From Podarcis vaucheri (Eukaryota): a stretch of 64,000 nucleotides of DNA. A model generated the notes under the pieces. It searched no databases. It was not told the origin of the DNA and saw only the letters and a program-made list of their open reading frames with translations. Every line of letters starts with the position of its first letter. Positions within the stretch are counted from its first letter, which is position 1. Shown here piece after piece: positions 37,664 through 50,970 of this stretch. The translations under genes and the position numbers were made by a program. The stretch lies in the NCBI GenBank assembly GCA_965113315.1, contig OZ220364.1. One strand, written 5' to 3'.

Positions 37664-39910
37664 CTCTGCATATCAAGTTAAAGGTATAAAGACAGCAACA
37701 AAAATTATTATTTATTAAATTTGTATACTGCCCTTCATTGCTGCTCTGTTCTTGAATAGAGCTGTCTTAAAAATCAGTATTTATTTATTCATGCTATTTC
37801 TTAGTCACTTTTCAGGGCCAAGCCCTCACAACTCAAAAGAGAGAGGAGACATTTAGAACATCCGAATGTGAAGAAGCAGTGAGTGAATATCGACGAAAAG
37901 ATGTGCGAATTAGAGCACCATGTTAAACTCTCTTAAGGAACGGCAACAGCGAAAATGTAAGTTTTAAAGGCTTTCTTGAATGCAAGGACTGCAGGAGCCA
38001 AGGAAATGCTTATCGGAAGAGAGTTCTGCAGCTATGAAGCCACCAGCAAAAAATCCCTGTTACGTATTGTCTCACCTGGGTCACACAAGCAGGAACTCGG
38101 ATGAAGATCTCAAATTACGGGCACGGTCATATGGGTGCAAGCAGTCCTTTAGGTAGCCAGATTTAGGGCCTAAGAGGCCCAAATAAAAAAAGACTGCTAG
38201 CCCAGGGCCTGCTGTGCCACAGGCAGTGGGACAGCCACCGCTGGGGCAGTGAAGAGCACCAATGAGGTACTGAAGGACAGATCTGTGTGTGCCCTGCAGC
38301 CTGCCCTCTATTATGCTGGCCTGTTGCTCTTAGGTGCAGTGCGGAGAAGCCGTCCTATCACCATGCTGAAAGAAGATTAGATTGGCAGTCCAGTTAGGGT
38401 CTGTACATGGAATAGGGCTGGGGTGCCATCTTGTCCTTAACATCAGGCAGCAAAATGTCTTGAGCCAGCACGGTGATAGCCAGGGCAATTCATATGGAGT
38501 CTCTCAGTGAGCAGCTGGGGTGTCACGCGTTCAGATCTCCTGGCCCCATTAGCTGCATTTTGCACTAGCTGAAGTTTCTGAACCATCTTCAAAGGTAGCA
38601 GCACCTGAAGCATATTTCAGTAATCCAGTCTTGTAGTTCTAATTGCCACCTTGCCCACCTTTGACAGAGGCTCTGCGCCTTTAACTTCTATACAGAAAGC
38701 CAACAGAGGTAGATTGTTCTGACATGCTATGCTAATGAAGGGGAAACCACACCTGCTAATTGTTTTATTGTATTTTATTTTCATAGGAGCTGCTAAAGGC
38801 ACAACACCTCAGGCAGAGAAAGAGTTGCCTACTTTTGCAGCAGCAACCAGAGAGATGTCTACATTCACGTGCGTGTCTGCCTCTGTACATACCAAACATG
38901 CAACTGTTGTGAGCTATTTAGCAGGCTCCTTATGTGTGTCAGTAACAGAACAGGCCCGTTTTCTCGTTGCCCTGTGAACGTCTGGTTCTGTGCTAATTCT
39001 CAGGCAGAGAAGGGAGCTCTCCGGAAGAGGGAGGCACTGTTTCTTCAGAAAGAGCAACGTGATTGAAAACAACCCAAAAAAGGCTTGCGGGGCCAGTACA
39101 AAGCATATTTTCCTAGTAAAGGAATCCACTTTGTGTTATTTGCTGGAAGAGCTTAGAACATATGCCCTGCACGGTCCTCCCACCCACGTACAAGCACACG
39201 CCACATCCACATACATATGAAGTCTCTCAGTGCCTGGTTTTGTTTGTAGAGATGATCATTGCTCCTGCATATTAGCAGACATCAGGTCCTGATATGCCAA
39301 ATATGGTTTGGCACAAGCATTCACTCTTTACAGTTGAAACCACGTTGGATGTGCTTCTGTAACTTCAGAATTCACGCTTGCTGCCTCTGTAGTGGTTTGG
39401 TTGTCAGGTCAATCATGCACCCTTCTCACTAGCAGTTCTGACAGTAATTTCTTTTTCTTTTTGCACTTTTTAAACATCCATTATACACAATTTTTTTCAT
39501 CCTATCATATCATATACAGACTTATCTGTCATTGACATCTTATTACACATTCTTTAGTTTGCTACATCTCCACTGATTAGCAATTCTTTTCTCCTTCCAT
39601 TCATGATCCTTTCTTTTGTCTGCAGAAAAATTTGTTCTGCCTGCAATTTCAAGCGTTATTCTGGAATTTTGACTTAGGACTTCTATTTTTCCATGCTGAA
39701 ATACTTGGCTAGATTCCAAAGCTTCCTTGTCAAACATACATATGTATGCATACCTACACCAACTTCAAGGAAGTACTATGGCACCCCCTACAAATTAAGG
39801 ATGTAAATCCAAACAAAAGTAAGCATGTTAAAATCTGAATGAGCCCAGTAGAAGAGATTTAAGCATGTGATTAAATCAATGGAACTTAAGTGCTTTAACT
39901 TCAACTAGAT

Positions 39911-40036
39911 TAAGCATAGGCAAACTTGGCCCTCCAGATGTTTTTGGACTACAACTCCCATCATCCCTAGCAGCAGTCAGGGATGATGGGAGTTGTAGTC
40001 CCAAAACATCTGGAGGGCCGAGTCTGCCTATGCCTG
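39911..40036. mobile_element. Palindromic hAT-type MITE with 8-bp TSD
   Basis: Near-perfect hairpin (GGCCCTCCAGATGTTT..GGACTACAACTCCCATCATCCCT / AGGGATGATGGGAGTTGTAGTCC..AAACATCTGGAGGGCC). Flanks AACTAGAT (39903-39910) and AGCTAGAT (40037-40044). Degenerate relatives near 20020, 22365-22460, 29570-29710, 41185-41290, 47040 and 54400. Confidence 0.85.
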
Positions 40037-40675
40037 AGCTAGATTGTGCCTAAATGGGGGTTCCCCAAACAATAAATAGAAGACCAAATGATTATAAGGT
40101 AGGAATCTATATTGAATAAATATACAGAAAAACAGATTATTGTTAACAAATACAGAGGGTGATAGCCAATGTAACTTTTAAAAAGTCTATTAATTCTGAG
40201 TATGCCTTAGCTGGAACTCCCCCAGATAATCTCTCCCTCTCTCTCTCTCTCCCTCTCTCTCGTTCTCTTGTGCTGTATTCTTCCACAGTTTATCACTCCC
40301 CACAAAATTATGGCTGCAGCCAGCCTAGATCCATTTTATGTACTGCGTACATTTTTTCCAATTAACTCTTTTTCCTGAATTCTATAGCTACAATTTTATT
40401 CACACTTATCTAGGAACAAGCCGTGCTGAACACAGTGGGATTTACTTCTGAATTAACATACCCAGGCAACTGATGTGGCATGCCGGGAGGTTAAGGTGAG
40501 GCAATGGTCTCCAAATGGTGAATTTGGGACTCTCTTAATGGCAGGAGACAGCAACCCAGACGTCCTCTCAGACTGAAAGAACCACTGAAATCAATGGGAG
40601 CTAACCAAAAAGTTCTAGCATAGATGCTGCTCATTTCAACAAAGCTTGCACAAGAGAGCTCCCTAGTGGATTATG

Positions 40676-40678
<3 letters not shown>

Positions 40679-40720
<42 letters not shown>
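40679..40720. repeat. (TG)n microsatellite
   Basis: Direct observation. Confidence 0.95.
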
Positions 40721-40724
<4 letters not shown>

Positions 40725-41416
40725 GTTTGGATTTCCTGCTTCCTAGCTCTACCCAGAGAGGAAAACATGCTGGCAATCCAACAGGCTGCATTTATATGGA
40801 TTTACCTGATGGTGTGAAATTGAATGTGAACAAAAAAGAAAGCAGGGAGGGAGTCAGAGAAGGGTGGTACCCCAGAATCTAATCTGGCGCATGGCCACCT
40901 TTTGCCTACTTCTGCTTCCAGGTACAGATTGCTTGTGGGGTGTCTATAAACAAAATATACAAACCGAGTTACTGTCTTTTGCCAGCTGATACTCCTGATT
41001 CTGCTCAGTTCTCAAATCTTTGAACTTGCTCAGCATAACACAGAAGCCCCATCTATAGCTGACCTTTTGCTTATTGGTGAACCACCATTTCCTTGCGTTG
41101 CAAAAGATTCTGACTATATGGCTTGTGCTGAGGTATCTCTAGATGTTGCAAGACCAAATGAATATCTCAGGAGTAGCCGACATTGTGTCCTCCAAATGGT
41201 GTGGACTACAACTCCCTTCATCTTTGATCACTGGCCATGCTGGGTGGGACTGATGGGAGTTGTAGTCTACAACATCTGAAGAGCACCTGTGCATTAGGAC
41301 ATTGCTCACAAACAAAACGCCTGGACAATATTGGTAATACTATTATTCAGAGAGCTTAATTTCAATGGCCCAAAATGCTTCCAAAATATTTAGAGCTCAT
41401 ATAAGCTTAAGCGCAT

Positions 41417-41685
41417 ATGATAGAAGGAGGTAATTTGGACAGAGCGGGGGAATCGCAAGCTTGTATTAGTTATTAAAAACCTTTGTGACCATTTTAACTA
41501 CATGGTCTTCATCAGTCACAGGAATAAAAATGCTATAAAATTACATCTTGGGATATATTCATGCACAAACTTTTATGATAGAAGGAGGTAATTTGGAGAG
41601 AACGAGGTAAACAGGAACATTTATTTGACTAATTAGTAATTAAAACCTTTGTGGGTATCTGAACCACATAGTCTTCACCAATCTC
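41417..41685. repeat. Diverged tandem duplication, period about 158 bp
   Basis: ATGATAGAAGGAGGTAATTTGGA at 41417 and 41575, each followed by TTAAAA(A)CCTTTGTG and GTCTTCA. Confidence 0.85.
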
Positions 41686-43217
41686 AGAAGTAAAAATACA
41701 ATAAAATAGAATAAAGTCTTGGAATATAGCCACACTTTAGAAATCCCACTGTGTTCAATGAGATTCTTAAGTAAGCGTGCACTAGAGTGCAGCTGTAGAA
41801 TAGCACAGGTCTGGGCCAGGCCAGCATTTTCAAGCCCATCAGGGGTAAAGATGAAAATGTTAAATATGCAGGTGTGGAAATATAATAAGCAGGGGAATGA
41901 ACATAAGCCATTTCACTCTCGCTGCATTTGGATCTCACTAAACGCTTGTGTAAGGCAGAGATTGGACAGCGGCAAAGCCATATTATTATAGGTGCTACGT
42001 ACCTGGGCGTGGAGAAACAACATATACCACACCAGATCTTGCATTGAAACATCTGCCCCAAAGAGGCAATCTGCTTTTAAGCAACTGAACAGTAGCAAAC
42101 CTCTTCAGCAGCGGTAGCTGTTGTGGTGTTTGCCAGATTCCATGTCTACATTACATCTCACTTCTGGTGTGTGCATTCTGCAGGCAATGGATCAATGATC
42201 AGCAGTTCTGCCATAATTCATGCAGATGATGAGTTCTGTTGTGAAGCTGGAAGGAAGCAGCTGGATAGTCTTACATTACATTGGTCCTCACCCTGCGTAG
42301 TTTGTTGTGTTTACAGTCAAATTACAGAATTTGAGTTTCTAGGCTATAGGATTTTTGAAATGGAGCAGACATCACTGTACGATCAGTCTACTCAAGCAAA
42401 TAGTGTAATGTGGTCAGAGAGGAGTCTTGAAAGACCAAACCTCCTCCTCCAGGGTTAGAAAACTGGCATCTTGTGAGCAGACTAGACCACTTGCACTAAC
42501 GATTCTTGTAACAGGCAAGCTAGCTGTACTGGCAGCTTCTCTAGCTCTTGGTTTCTTGGTTCACTGAGAGCAAGTGCCTCTGTTCATAAGCAATATAGCC
42601 TGGTTCTCTAATCTCCAGAGGACACCACACAGCATAAACCTTAGGTTGAGAGAATGCATTTCTGTTTATTTTCCTTTGATGTACTATATATACAACTACT
42701 GCAATAAAGCCAGTTTTGTTTAAGCCAGTACAAAGCCTGACTTGTGAGGGTTCACGAGGGTGGCAGTATTCCATGCCAAAGCCTCTCCAAGTGAAAGATG
42801 AACATATTTTCCCATTCCCTTACCACAGCTCTTGTGACCCACAGTTCTTCCTACTAGTTTTTCCAGCAGACTTCCCTACTGGTGTTTCCATACACTTCCA
42901 AGGAATCATGATTCCAAGGTTTGTGGTGCATTTCCTTCAAATCAACCCTTTATCGTACACGTTTCCTAGGTTTATTTTTAGCACAAATCCTGTCTGTGTT
43001 TTCCCCAAGAATATCACGTTAAATTAAAAACAGGCCTCCGTTTGCCCCCAGGCTTAGCTCTTGTATTTGGAGGGGCGAGGATCGCTTGGAGTATAGAATG
43101 TTAAGGTTAGTGGAAGTTGAAGCAGGTGTGGAATGACCGTTGGGGTGTGTGTTTTTTGAAGGTGACAACTGAGGATTAGCTGAGCGGGAAAAGCCTGATG
43201 CCGGTATTTGTCAGGAT

Positions 43218-43281
43218 GTTGTTGTTTAGGCATTGAGTCATGTCTGACTCTTCATGACCCCGTGGACCAGAGCACGCCAGG
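43218..43281 (-). mobile_element. Short BovB 3' end fragment
   Basis: GACTCTTCATGACCCCGTGGACCAGAGCACGCCAGG matches the 3' end of the 32862 element. Confidence 0.75.
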
Positions 43282-43299
43282 ATACATGCAGGTAAAAAT

Positions 43300-45200
43300 G
43301 GGGAGGGGGCACACCCCAACATCTCCACACACGCTGGCTTCAGATTCTATTATCAGGAACTCTGTCTTATCAAGAGTTCCTGATTGCAAAAGGAACTAGG
43401 CACACACACATCCTGATGTGCTTAGAACTCCCCTTCAGAACTTCCTTCTTAGCATGGAAAGATCTGAAGTGGAATTGGCGCATGCAGGCTAATGCATTTA
43501 GGAGATTAGGCATGAGTTTGGCACCCATTCATTTCAGTTTATTGCAAATTTGTTTTCACTGTGGTTCAAATAAACTTTCAGTTTTATCCAGCAGTTATCC
43601 TGATATTGCAAGGCTCTCCATCTGTTTGATAGGTCTCCCTTTCCTCTCTCCTTGTCCCCCCCTAAATCTGCTCCAGAGGGTTGGGGAACCCCAGAACATA
43701 TGTGAGGGGTGTTGGGGGAGCATGCAGGAAGAGGAGAAGAAGTCTCATTGTGCAGGCAGATGTCCTTGTGCTTGTGCAGCAACTTTGTTGGATATTGCAT
43801 TATTAACATTAGGTAAATTCCAGTGTATCCTCTATTCTGCCCTTCATCAGAATCAAGCCTATTTTGACAACCAGCTGAGGTGCTAGGTACGTATTGCTGA
43901 GTGGTAAGTAACCAAAGCATGACATACATTTCATACAATCCATAAGAGAACCATGTGATGTGGTGAACATGACCATTGGAACAGACTGGCCCAATTGTCC
44001 TCATAATTTTGACAATATCAAAAGGACAGACAAAGAGTAGTAATGTGAAGGAGCACATTTGTTTTAAACAAATGGTATCTGGGGTTAGATAGCAACCATA
44101 ATCATGTATTCTCAGAAGCCAGTCCTATTGAATTCAACAGGGCTTACTCCCAGGTATGTTGGGTTAGGATTTTAGCCATCATGCTGGTCCTTCAGAAATC
44201 TACACATTTCTGGCCAAAATACCATGAAATGCACCTATGAGGTATTACTACTGAAGATTCATACCACAACCTCATCAGTCATTTACAGACACCGTTTTTT
44301 GTACCAGTCTTACTGCTTCAAGGATGACTCATAACCCTTGCCAATAATGTGCATAATAAGTGCATAAGGATGACTCATAACCCTTGCCAATAATGTCCCA
44401 TATCTGACAGAGGATTTTGTGTGGTCCAGCCTGGGCTTTTTTTCAGCCGGAACTTGCCCAACTCAGTTCTGTGACTCTCAGGTGAGGCCATTGCCATTCT
44501 AAGAGACCGAGGGAGGTGTTCATGCTGAATTCCGGCACCTCTTTTTCTAGAAAAATAGCACTGGGCTCAGGTATTCAACCATTGTTTATAAATACTGTGC
44601 CTTTCTTTTTGTTGAAGAGAGACCACCTTTTTCTGGTCTTGTGGAGCTCTGGACTAGACAAGAGAGTGGCTGCTCAAGAGCAAGGTGCTTGGACACTGTG
44701 GTGGCTGCCAGCCTTTTGTGTTGAGATCCATAAACCTTCACCACCCTGTTGATAGATCCCATGCCTCAGGGGTTGGCTGTTGCCCAGGCAGACACGTCTG
44801 GCATCTGTTATGTTTGAGGGAGGGAAGGAAGGAAGAACCTTGGATCCATTCCAAAGGAAAAACCCTGTACACTGCTTCCTTTCCCTGTCATTCAGGCTGC
44901 AAGCAAGCTACTTCACTCATATGAAAGAAACAGGGCCTACTGCACCAGATTGGTCTTCTTGTGATGGAGTTATAACAATTCTGAATGTGTTCCTTTCTTC
45001 TTCCTGGCAAAAAGGCAATGAACAGGAGGTTCATCCTGTGGCTGCACAACTCCCAGGATTATCACTCTGTTTCCAGAAATCCACACTGGCTTCTTGTTCT
45101 TGGAGTCTGTATTATTTCCCTTTCTCTACATATCTGAGTATCCCTGCTTCGGACACTTTACCCTGAGTTCCTATAGAAAATGACAAAATTTGTTGGCAGG
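43300..45200 (-). pseudogene. Possible decayed vertnin-like unit U9
   Basis: FHMSEVACL...AVYRVFPL (about 44930-44850) ~ WHLYALASVL...IYSIYPM; QFHFRSFH ~ HFLQDSFH. Includes the unexplained 174-aa ORF 43534-44058. Matches are weaker. Confidence 0.4.
44320..44396. repeat. 31-bp direct repeat containing ATGACTCAT (AP-1 site)
   Basis: AAGGATGACTCATAACCCTTGCCAATAATGT at 44320-44350 and 44366-44396. Confidence 0.9.
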
Positions 45201-45769
45201 ACAAGGACCTAAAACTGGCCCCATGGTGTGGATTATTCCATTATTCCTTGTAATGGTTGAGAGAGAAAAAGATGCATTGAAAGAAACTCACCTAAACTCA
45301 CACCGGAGGTCTGTGACTGAGCCTGATAAGACCTCAGGGATCCTCTTCACCATGCAATGCACCACATTGCAATTTTGATGATTAAAATGGCCTGGAACTT
45401 AGCCAAAACTGTAGAGGGACCAAAGCTCAGTGGCAGAACACATGGTTTTCAAGAAGAAAGTTCCAGGTTCAATCCCTAGCATCTTCAGCTAGAAGGAGCA
45501 GACAGCATGTGATGTGGAGTCCCTTTGCTGGAGTCCCTGCAGAGCTGTTACCAGTCAAAGTGGCCAATAGTGACATAGATGGATAAATAGTTTTATTAAG
45601 TGTAAGGCAGATTCCTGCGTTGCTTAAAACTCTCCCCCGCCCCCATCCGAAACTATAAGGTCGGCACGCATCTTTCTGCAATGTACCTGCTCTCTGCTTC
45701 TGGTACACAGAATTGTGGATTACATGGGGGTGGTCATATTTTTTTTTCCTTCCAATCTCATGGTTCCAT

Positions 45770-46250
45770 AAACACATTTACTTGCCAAATACCAGTGTCC
45801 AGGACTTTGCCCTGACACTGAGGTTCTCAAGCAAGTCACAACTATTTTTTTAATAGGTTCCCCATAGAAGATATTAGCAACCCCTTGTTCCAAATTTAGG
45901 TGCTAGACAAAAACATGGTGGCTTTCCCCACTTGAAGCGATATCAGTGAGGGAAAAGAACATGAGAGGGGGCTGGGTGACATACAGTATAAGGATTTATT
46001 AACAGAAAAGGACCGTGAACTTATATTAAAGAGGTTTGAAGACTTAGGTCAACAAATAACAGAGTGGTTACAATATTTTCAAATTAATGAAGTATTTAAG
46101 GAAGATTAAAAGGATCGGTTTTTCCATATCAAACCTCGCAATTTGAGAATTACTGGGGAATAACAACAAAGTAAGTTCCAGAATGTATAAATTGTTATTA
46201 GAACGGGAAACGAAAGACGAGCAGGTGAAGTCAGTGATGATTCACTGGGC
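45770..46250 (+). mobile_element. L1-clade fragment of the same family as 12355-13620
   Basis: Translates to LLERETKDEQVKSVMIHWA, matching LLEWETKDEVVKASMTHWA. Confidence 0.7.
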
Positions 46251-46499
46251 AGCTCCTCATTCCTGATGTAGAAGGTTAGCTATAGCATGGATATATATAT
46301 AAAGCTGTTGCCTTACACAGAGTCCTGCTATTACTCCTAGTGCTAGCTCGCCGGGATCTTGGCAGAGCTCTTTCCTTGTCTGTTTAACAGGGAATGCTGG
46401 GGCTTGATCCAGAGGTCTTCTACATGCAACACATGGGCTCTGTTGCTGAGCTACAGCTCCTGCCCTTGCTGCAACTGACAAAACTGTCTTTAAAATATC

Positions 46500-47960
46500 T
46501 TAGATGAGCCACTTAGGACAGAGCAGCACAGGGAATCAGGTAGATCTGGCAGTGGCGCACTGAATGAAGACAAACTGCAGCCAGTGCAGCCTTTTATAAG
46601 ACATTTAAGAAAGATTACATGGAACCACATGACTTACCAAGAGTGTCTTGGCATGTTTACATTCTCTTTCATGCTAGGCATTGCTTTCACAAATGTGATA
46701 AGGAAGCCTGTCTGGGGTGTCTCAAACCCTTCTGTGATTTTCACTCTTCCAAACAGTACATAATTCACCTGCTGTCTATCAAGCTGCTAACACAGCCAGA
46801 AAAGACATTAACTATGTATTAATTCTTGAAATCCACAGGGAAACATCAACATTTCTAGTATGTACTAAATGAAGCTGCGAGGATTAAGCTGTGGAGTTGG
46901 GAAGGAAACAAAGGAAGGGCTGTTTATGGGGAAATGAAAGTTTGAGCAAAGAATTGCACTGTTGAGCATGACGTCTGTTCAGTAGTATTAGTTTTCAGAA
47001 CTAATGTATAAATTAAGAATAAGGAGCTGATGGTCTTCTCAGCTGGAACTGATGGCAGTTGGGGTCCAGCAATATCTGGAAGGCCACAGGTTCTACTCCT
47101 GGTATAAAACTATATATGTTATGCAGATAGAACAAAAAACAACTCAACAGTGGTATGTTTGATAAAGCTCTGGATCCTCAGTAACTATGTATAGCTCAGT
47201 CCAAAAATCCTGTGTGCGAAAAAGCTCTGTGTATTCACATCTGCCTCAGGATGGAGCTATGCATTTGCCCTGACTATTATTTGGAGAGCTGGTCTTGGGG
47301 GACAGACCTAGCCAATGATCAGGGATTAAGGGGGTTATAGCCAGTCCAGCAATATGTGGAAGGCCAGAAGTTCTCCTTTCCTTAAAGAAAGGCCATGGAC
47401 AGGCCCATGCTGAGGTGGGAGGCAGCTAGGTACACTTGCCGTGGGCCTTGGAGGGCTAAGCTGGCTAAGGGGCCTTGCCAGGGGCCTGCTGGACTTAAAC
47501 TGTCATGCCAAGAAGGCCGCAAGCCTCCCAGGCTATGGATATTCTCCTTTAAGGCAATTGGCTACTTTGCAACAGCATAAAGAAAGTTCAGTTTCTTCCT
47601 CTCTCTCTCTTTTTTAATATGCACCCTTCAGCGGCTGATTGTGTGCAATCAAATATAGCTCTACTCAGAAACTCAAGGAACAACCCAATAACCTTGAGAG
47701 GAGGAAGTACCTACGTAAGCAAATCTCTGAAAGCATGTTCCACCACAGGTCAACAATGTGCAAAGAAACAGATAGTTAAAGATTGTAACAGGGAGTGCTG
47801 CTGCTACAAACAGAACTTTACTCTGGAATGTAATGGATGGAACAATCTTTCCTAACCACCGTTTGTCCGAGTTTCCATGAAGATCAATATCTTATAATGG
47901 GAGTGGCTGTGATTCCCTGCTGCCTCCAGTTCCATTTCACCATTAGTTGCCCATCCTTCC
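46500..47960 (-). pseudogene. Decayed vertnin-like unit U10 (clearest N-terminal match)
   Basis: In order: IVPSITFQSKVLFVAAAL (VLF starts 47816) ~ MLPLVCKGEGSLLFEAASM; *PVVE (47746) ~ RTVVE; LPP...RAIFD (47659) ~ LPP..EAIFD; LYAVAK*PIALKENIHSL (from 47582) ~ LYALASVLQRNIYSI; RHPRQASLSHL* ~ REPGLSYSHLC. Confidence 0.75.
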
Positions 47961-48699
47961 GCCTTTTGCTGTTTTCACTTTCTCTCTGTTTTTAAGGTAT
48001 TGATTAATCTTGACATACCCATTCTTTTTTTTAAAAAAGTTGTAATTGACTACCCTATAACTTCATCAAGCCTTGCTGTAGCAACCCTACTCATTCCCGC
48101 TTTCAGGTGCTGCATGAGGGGTGGCCATTTAGAAATCACCAGAAAACAAGAGAAAAGAGGTGGCGATTTGCCTAAAATTTGTATAGATGCAAATTTAGAA
48201 ATAATTGCTATAAATAAAATATAACACAATATATCTGACCATAGTGGGGAAGGCTGTGAGGAAGACCCGTGTGCCTGATTAATCTGCTGTCTGAGGGGCT
48301 TGATGGGCAATTTCAAGTCCCCTGGTGCCCCCCCCCTTCCTAGGGTTCTTGGACTGGAGAGCACTTCAAATAGAGGACACTATTTCACAGAGGACTGCCC
48401 TCTGTCCTTCAAATAGTGGACTGTCCTTTGTAAAGGAGGACACATGGCCACCCTAGGCTATAGTAGTGCTATAGTGAGTAGATACTAATAGCAATCAAGA
48501 AATCAAAGCAAACATCCATAGAGATCAAGAGGTTAAAAGTCTCTAGTCTAGAGGATTCCCAGAGACATCTGGTTAGCTACTGTGAGAACAGGATGTTGGA
48601 CTTAGATGGGCCATTGGCTCTTTTTTTGTGTCCTTATGTTATTTAGTTTGGGGCTGAATGAAGGATTGCTGCATCAGTGGTAAAAACTTCTCTTAACAA

Positions 48700-50970
48700 A
48701 GGATTCCTGTACAAAAAAGAAAAGAAAGAAAGAAAGGTGCCTAGGCTTTACTCTAATTCCTTCCTCTCTTCCGAGCCAGATTTCATGATGGGGCCGGGGA
48801 TCGCCCGCAGCACAATGTTTATGTGGCATCAGCTCTGAAGTGCCCTTGACAGAAGCAAATAAAGCTTGCATTAATGGACCCCTGGAATACGTTCAGAGCT
48901 GGCACTCTTGGCACAAAAGTAAATTACAGAATAATTTTGCCTCATTCCTGGATGGGATTCAAGTACTGCACGGAAGAGAAAACAGCATGAAGCCTGCTCA
49001 GGAAAACCTATAATGTAGAAGGAGGATTTTTATTCCGTTGTGCTGGGAATCCTATCCTGCTTCCCCAGCCTCCCAAATAATCACTGTCCTCAATTGCCAG
49101 AGGGACCAAGGAGTTTTGTTGGAATGAAACACAATACAAATCACTGCCAAGATGCAGAAGCAGAAAGGCAAATTTTGCCCTATGCTGGGTCCTGAGAGAA
49201 ATGGAATTCCTGCCTAGGCCTGGCCCTCTGAAGAGGCAAGGTGCTGCCTCAAGCAGCAAAAGCCCAAGAAGCAGCACCCGCATTGCCTCTGCTGCACCTT
49301 CCCGCTCCCTGCTGCATCTGCTGCCAGTGGAAAAGTGGCACTGGCTTCTGATGAGATCTTGCCAGAAGCTGGCACCACTGCTGGTGCTTTGTGGGCGCTG
49401 CTGCGTCATGCAGGTAAGAGAGCTGTGGCGCCAGCGGCGGGGGAGCAGGAGCAGCAAAATGGAATGTGCTGTTCCTGTTCCTGCCCTGAGTTATTCTCAC
49501 AGTATTGGAAGGCCATGATGAATTTGTGAATATTCCCTTTATCTAATCCTTTTGAAACCTTCCCACCGCACTGTCTGGCCTGCTGCTGTAAGAACACAGA
49601 AACAACCCTCTGCTGGCTGGTGGTAGCAAAGGCTGTGTGAAATCAGGAAAGGGCCTCATGTTTCCCCCTGCTTTTACACGCTCTCTGTTCCCTGTGTTTG
49701 TTCCACATGCCAACACGATTCCTCAGGCCCAGGAAGAGGTATGCTGTCTCTAGCAGGATTTTAGCTGCTTCGTTCCCTTGGGAGAAGCATGATGCTTTCT
49801 CACTGTCCTGTCAACACAACAGGGGCACAAGAGAAAGTGTTTGCACAAGCCTCTTGTTAAGCAATGTATAAGCCTCTTTCGTTGCAAATTGCCTCACAGA
49901 CCCAACAGAAACAAAACAATCCTTTGGTTAGCTCCTCCGAGTGGACGTTGAAGGAAGGGAAGGATTGAAATACAGCAGATTTTTGAGTTGGTGGTGCCCA
50001 GGCTATCGCTTTACTATAATATTAGAAGACCAAACCAAATATTAACTGGCATTAACCAGTCCTCTGCAGAATGGACGTTGAAGGTGGGGGGAACGTTTTT
50101 GTGGCTGTGCGTGATATTGGCCTGGCAATATCTTGGTACACAGGTAGCAGCGCTTTGGGTTTCAATATAGGCAAGTGAACTGGCAGAACTTAACAGCTCT
50201 GGGCTACATAAATACCTAGACCTTTAAAAACAAATAAACAAACAAGGATCCTCTGGGACAAAGCAGTAATGAAGAATATCAAACACAAAGGGCCCCAAGA
50301 GGTGTCAGGCCCAGTCCTACCAATAGGAAGAGTGAGGTGGCTGCCTCAGGCAGCTATTTTGGCTGTCATGAAAGGGCAGCAAAATGTGAGGTGTTTGAAT
50401 GATTATTGTATTTTTACTCCCAGGGAGAAGTGCTTGTGAGCTTTTCTACTTCAGGTGCCAAAATAACTTGGTCAGCCTTGTATACTATGCTCTTTGCCTT
50501 AGGGAGGGAAGCCCCATTTGTTAATCTACCTCAGGCAGCAAAGTTCCTTGAGTCTTTTCAGAGAGGAACCAGTTCCACATTGAGGTCCCTGGGATGGCTG
50601 GGGAGGGGGCCATTTGAAAAGTGCTGAAGATCAGTATTATTGCTAATCCAATAAAGCAGGGGTCAGCAATGTGGCACATGCAGGTGTACGTGTGTCCAAC
50701 GGTACCTGCTATGGTGCCCGTGAAAGTCTTAGTAAACATTCCATGAGAAATCCACAGTGTATGAGAAACTGTTTTCCTACTCAGCTCCTGTTTGCACTGG
50801 CTCAGTTTCTCCTACATTAAACATGCCCTCTTCAACATGCCCACATTTGACGGGATGCCAGGACTGAATACCCACCCATGCATCAGTTCTGAACCAAGAG
50901 GTGAAAAGAGCTTCTCTCTGTGAGTGAACATGGCTGGTGTAGGTGCCTTCCCCCACTGATGTCTGCACTT
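48700..50970 (-). pseudogene. Decayed vertnin-like unit U11
   Basis: VGEGTY...EEGMFN (ORF 50777-50968) ~ KGEGSL...LQGMID; TQHRAKFA...VSFQQNSLVPL (about 49192-49097) ~ QEHRQKVA...DSFHRGGVVPL. Confidence 0.55.

Larger units (their letters stand above)
38900..43020 (-). pseudogene. Decayed vertnin-like unit U8
   Basis: DVSMQDLVWYMLFLHAQVRSTYNN (about 42056-41985) ~ CISLNTLVPYRCFKRRFPGISRSTYYN; VYAVWCPLEIR ~ IYSIYPMRNLKIR; LFLKKQ...PDVHRAT (ORF 38914-39129) ~ LFLQKR / PEISRST. TE insertions lie between these blocks. Confidence 0.6.

Noticed and set aside
44320-44396. CRISPR-like repeat-spacer-repeat
   Set aside because: Only two repeats with a 15-bp spacer, in vertebrate DNA with no cas genes.
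49201-49529. Overlapping GC-rich ORFs on both strands
   Set aside because: Low-complexity GC-rich segment, probably an inserted non-autonomous element. Only the portion below about 49200 shows vertnin-like motifs.
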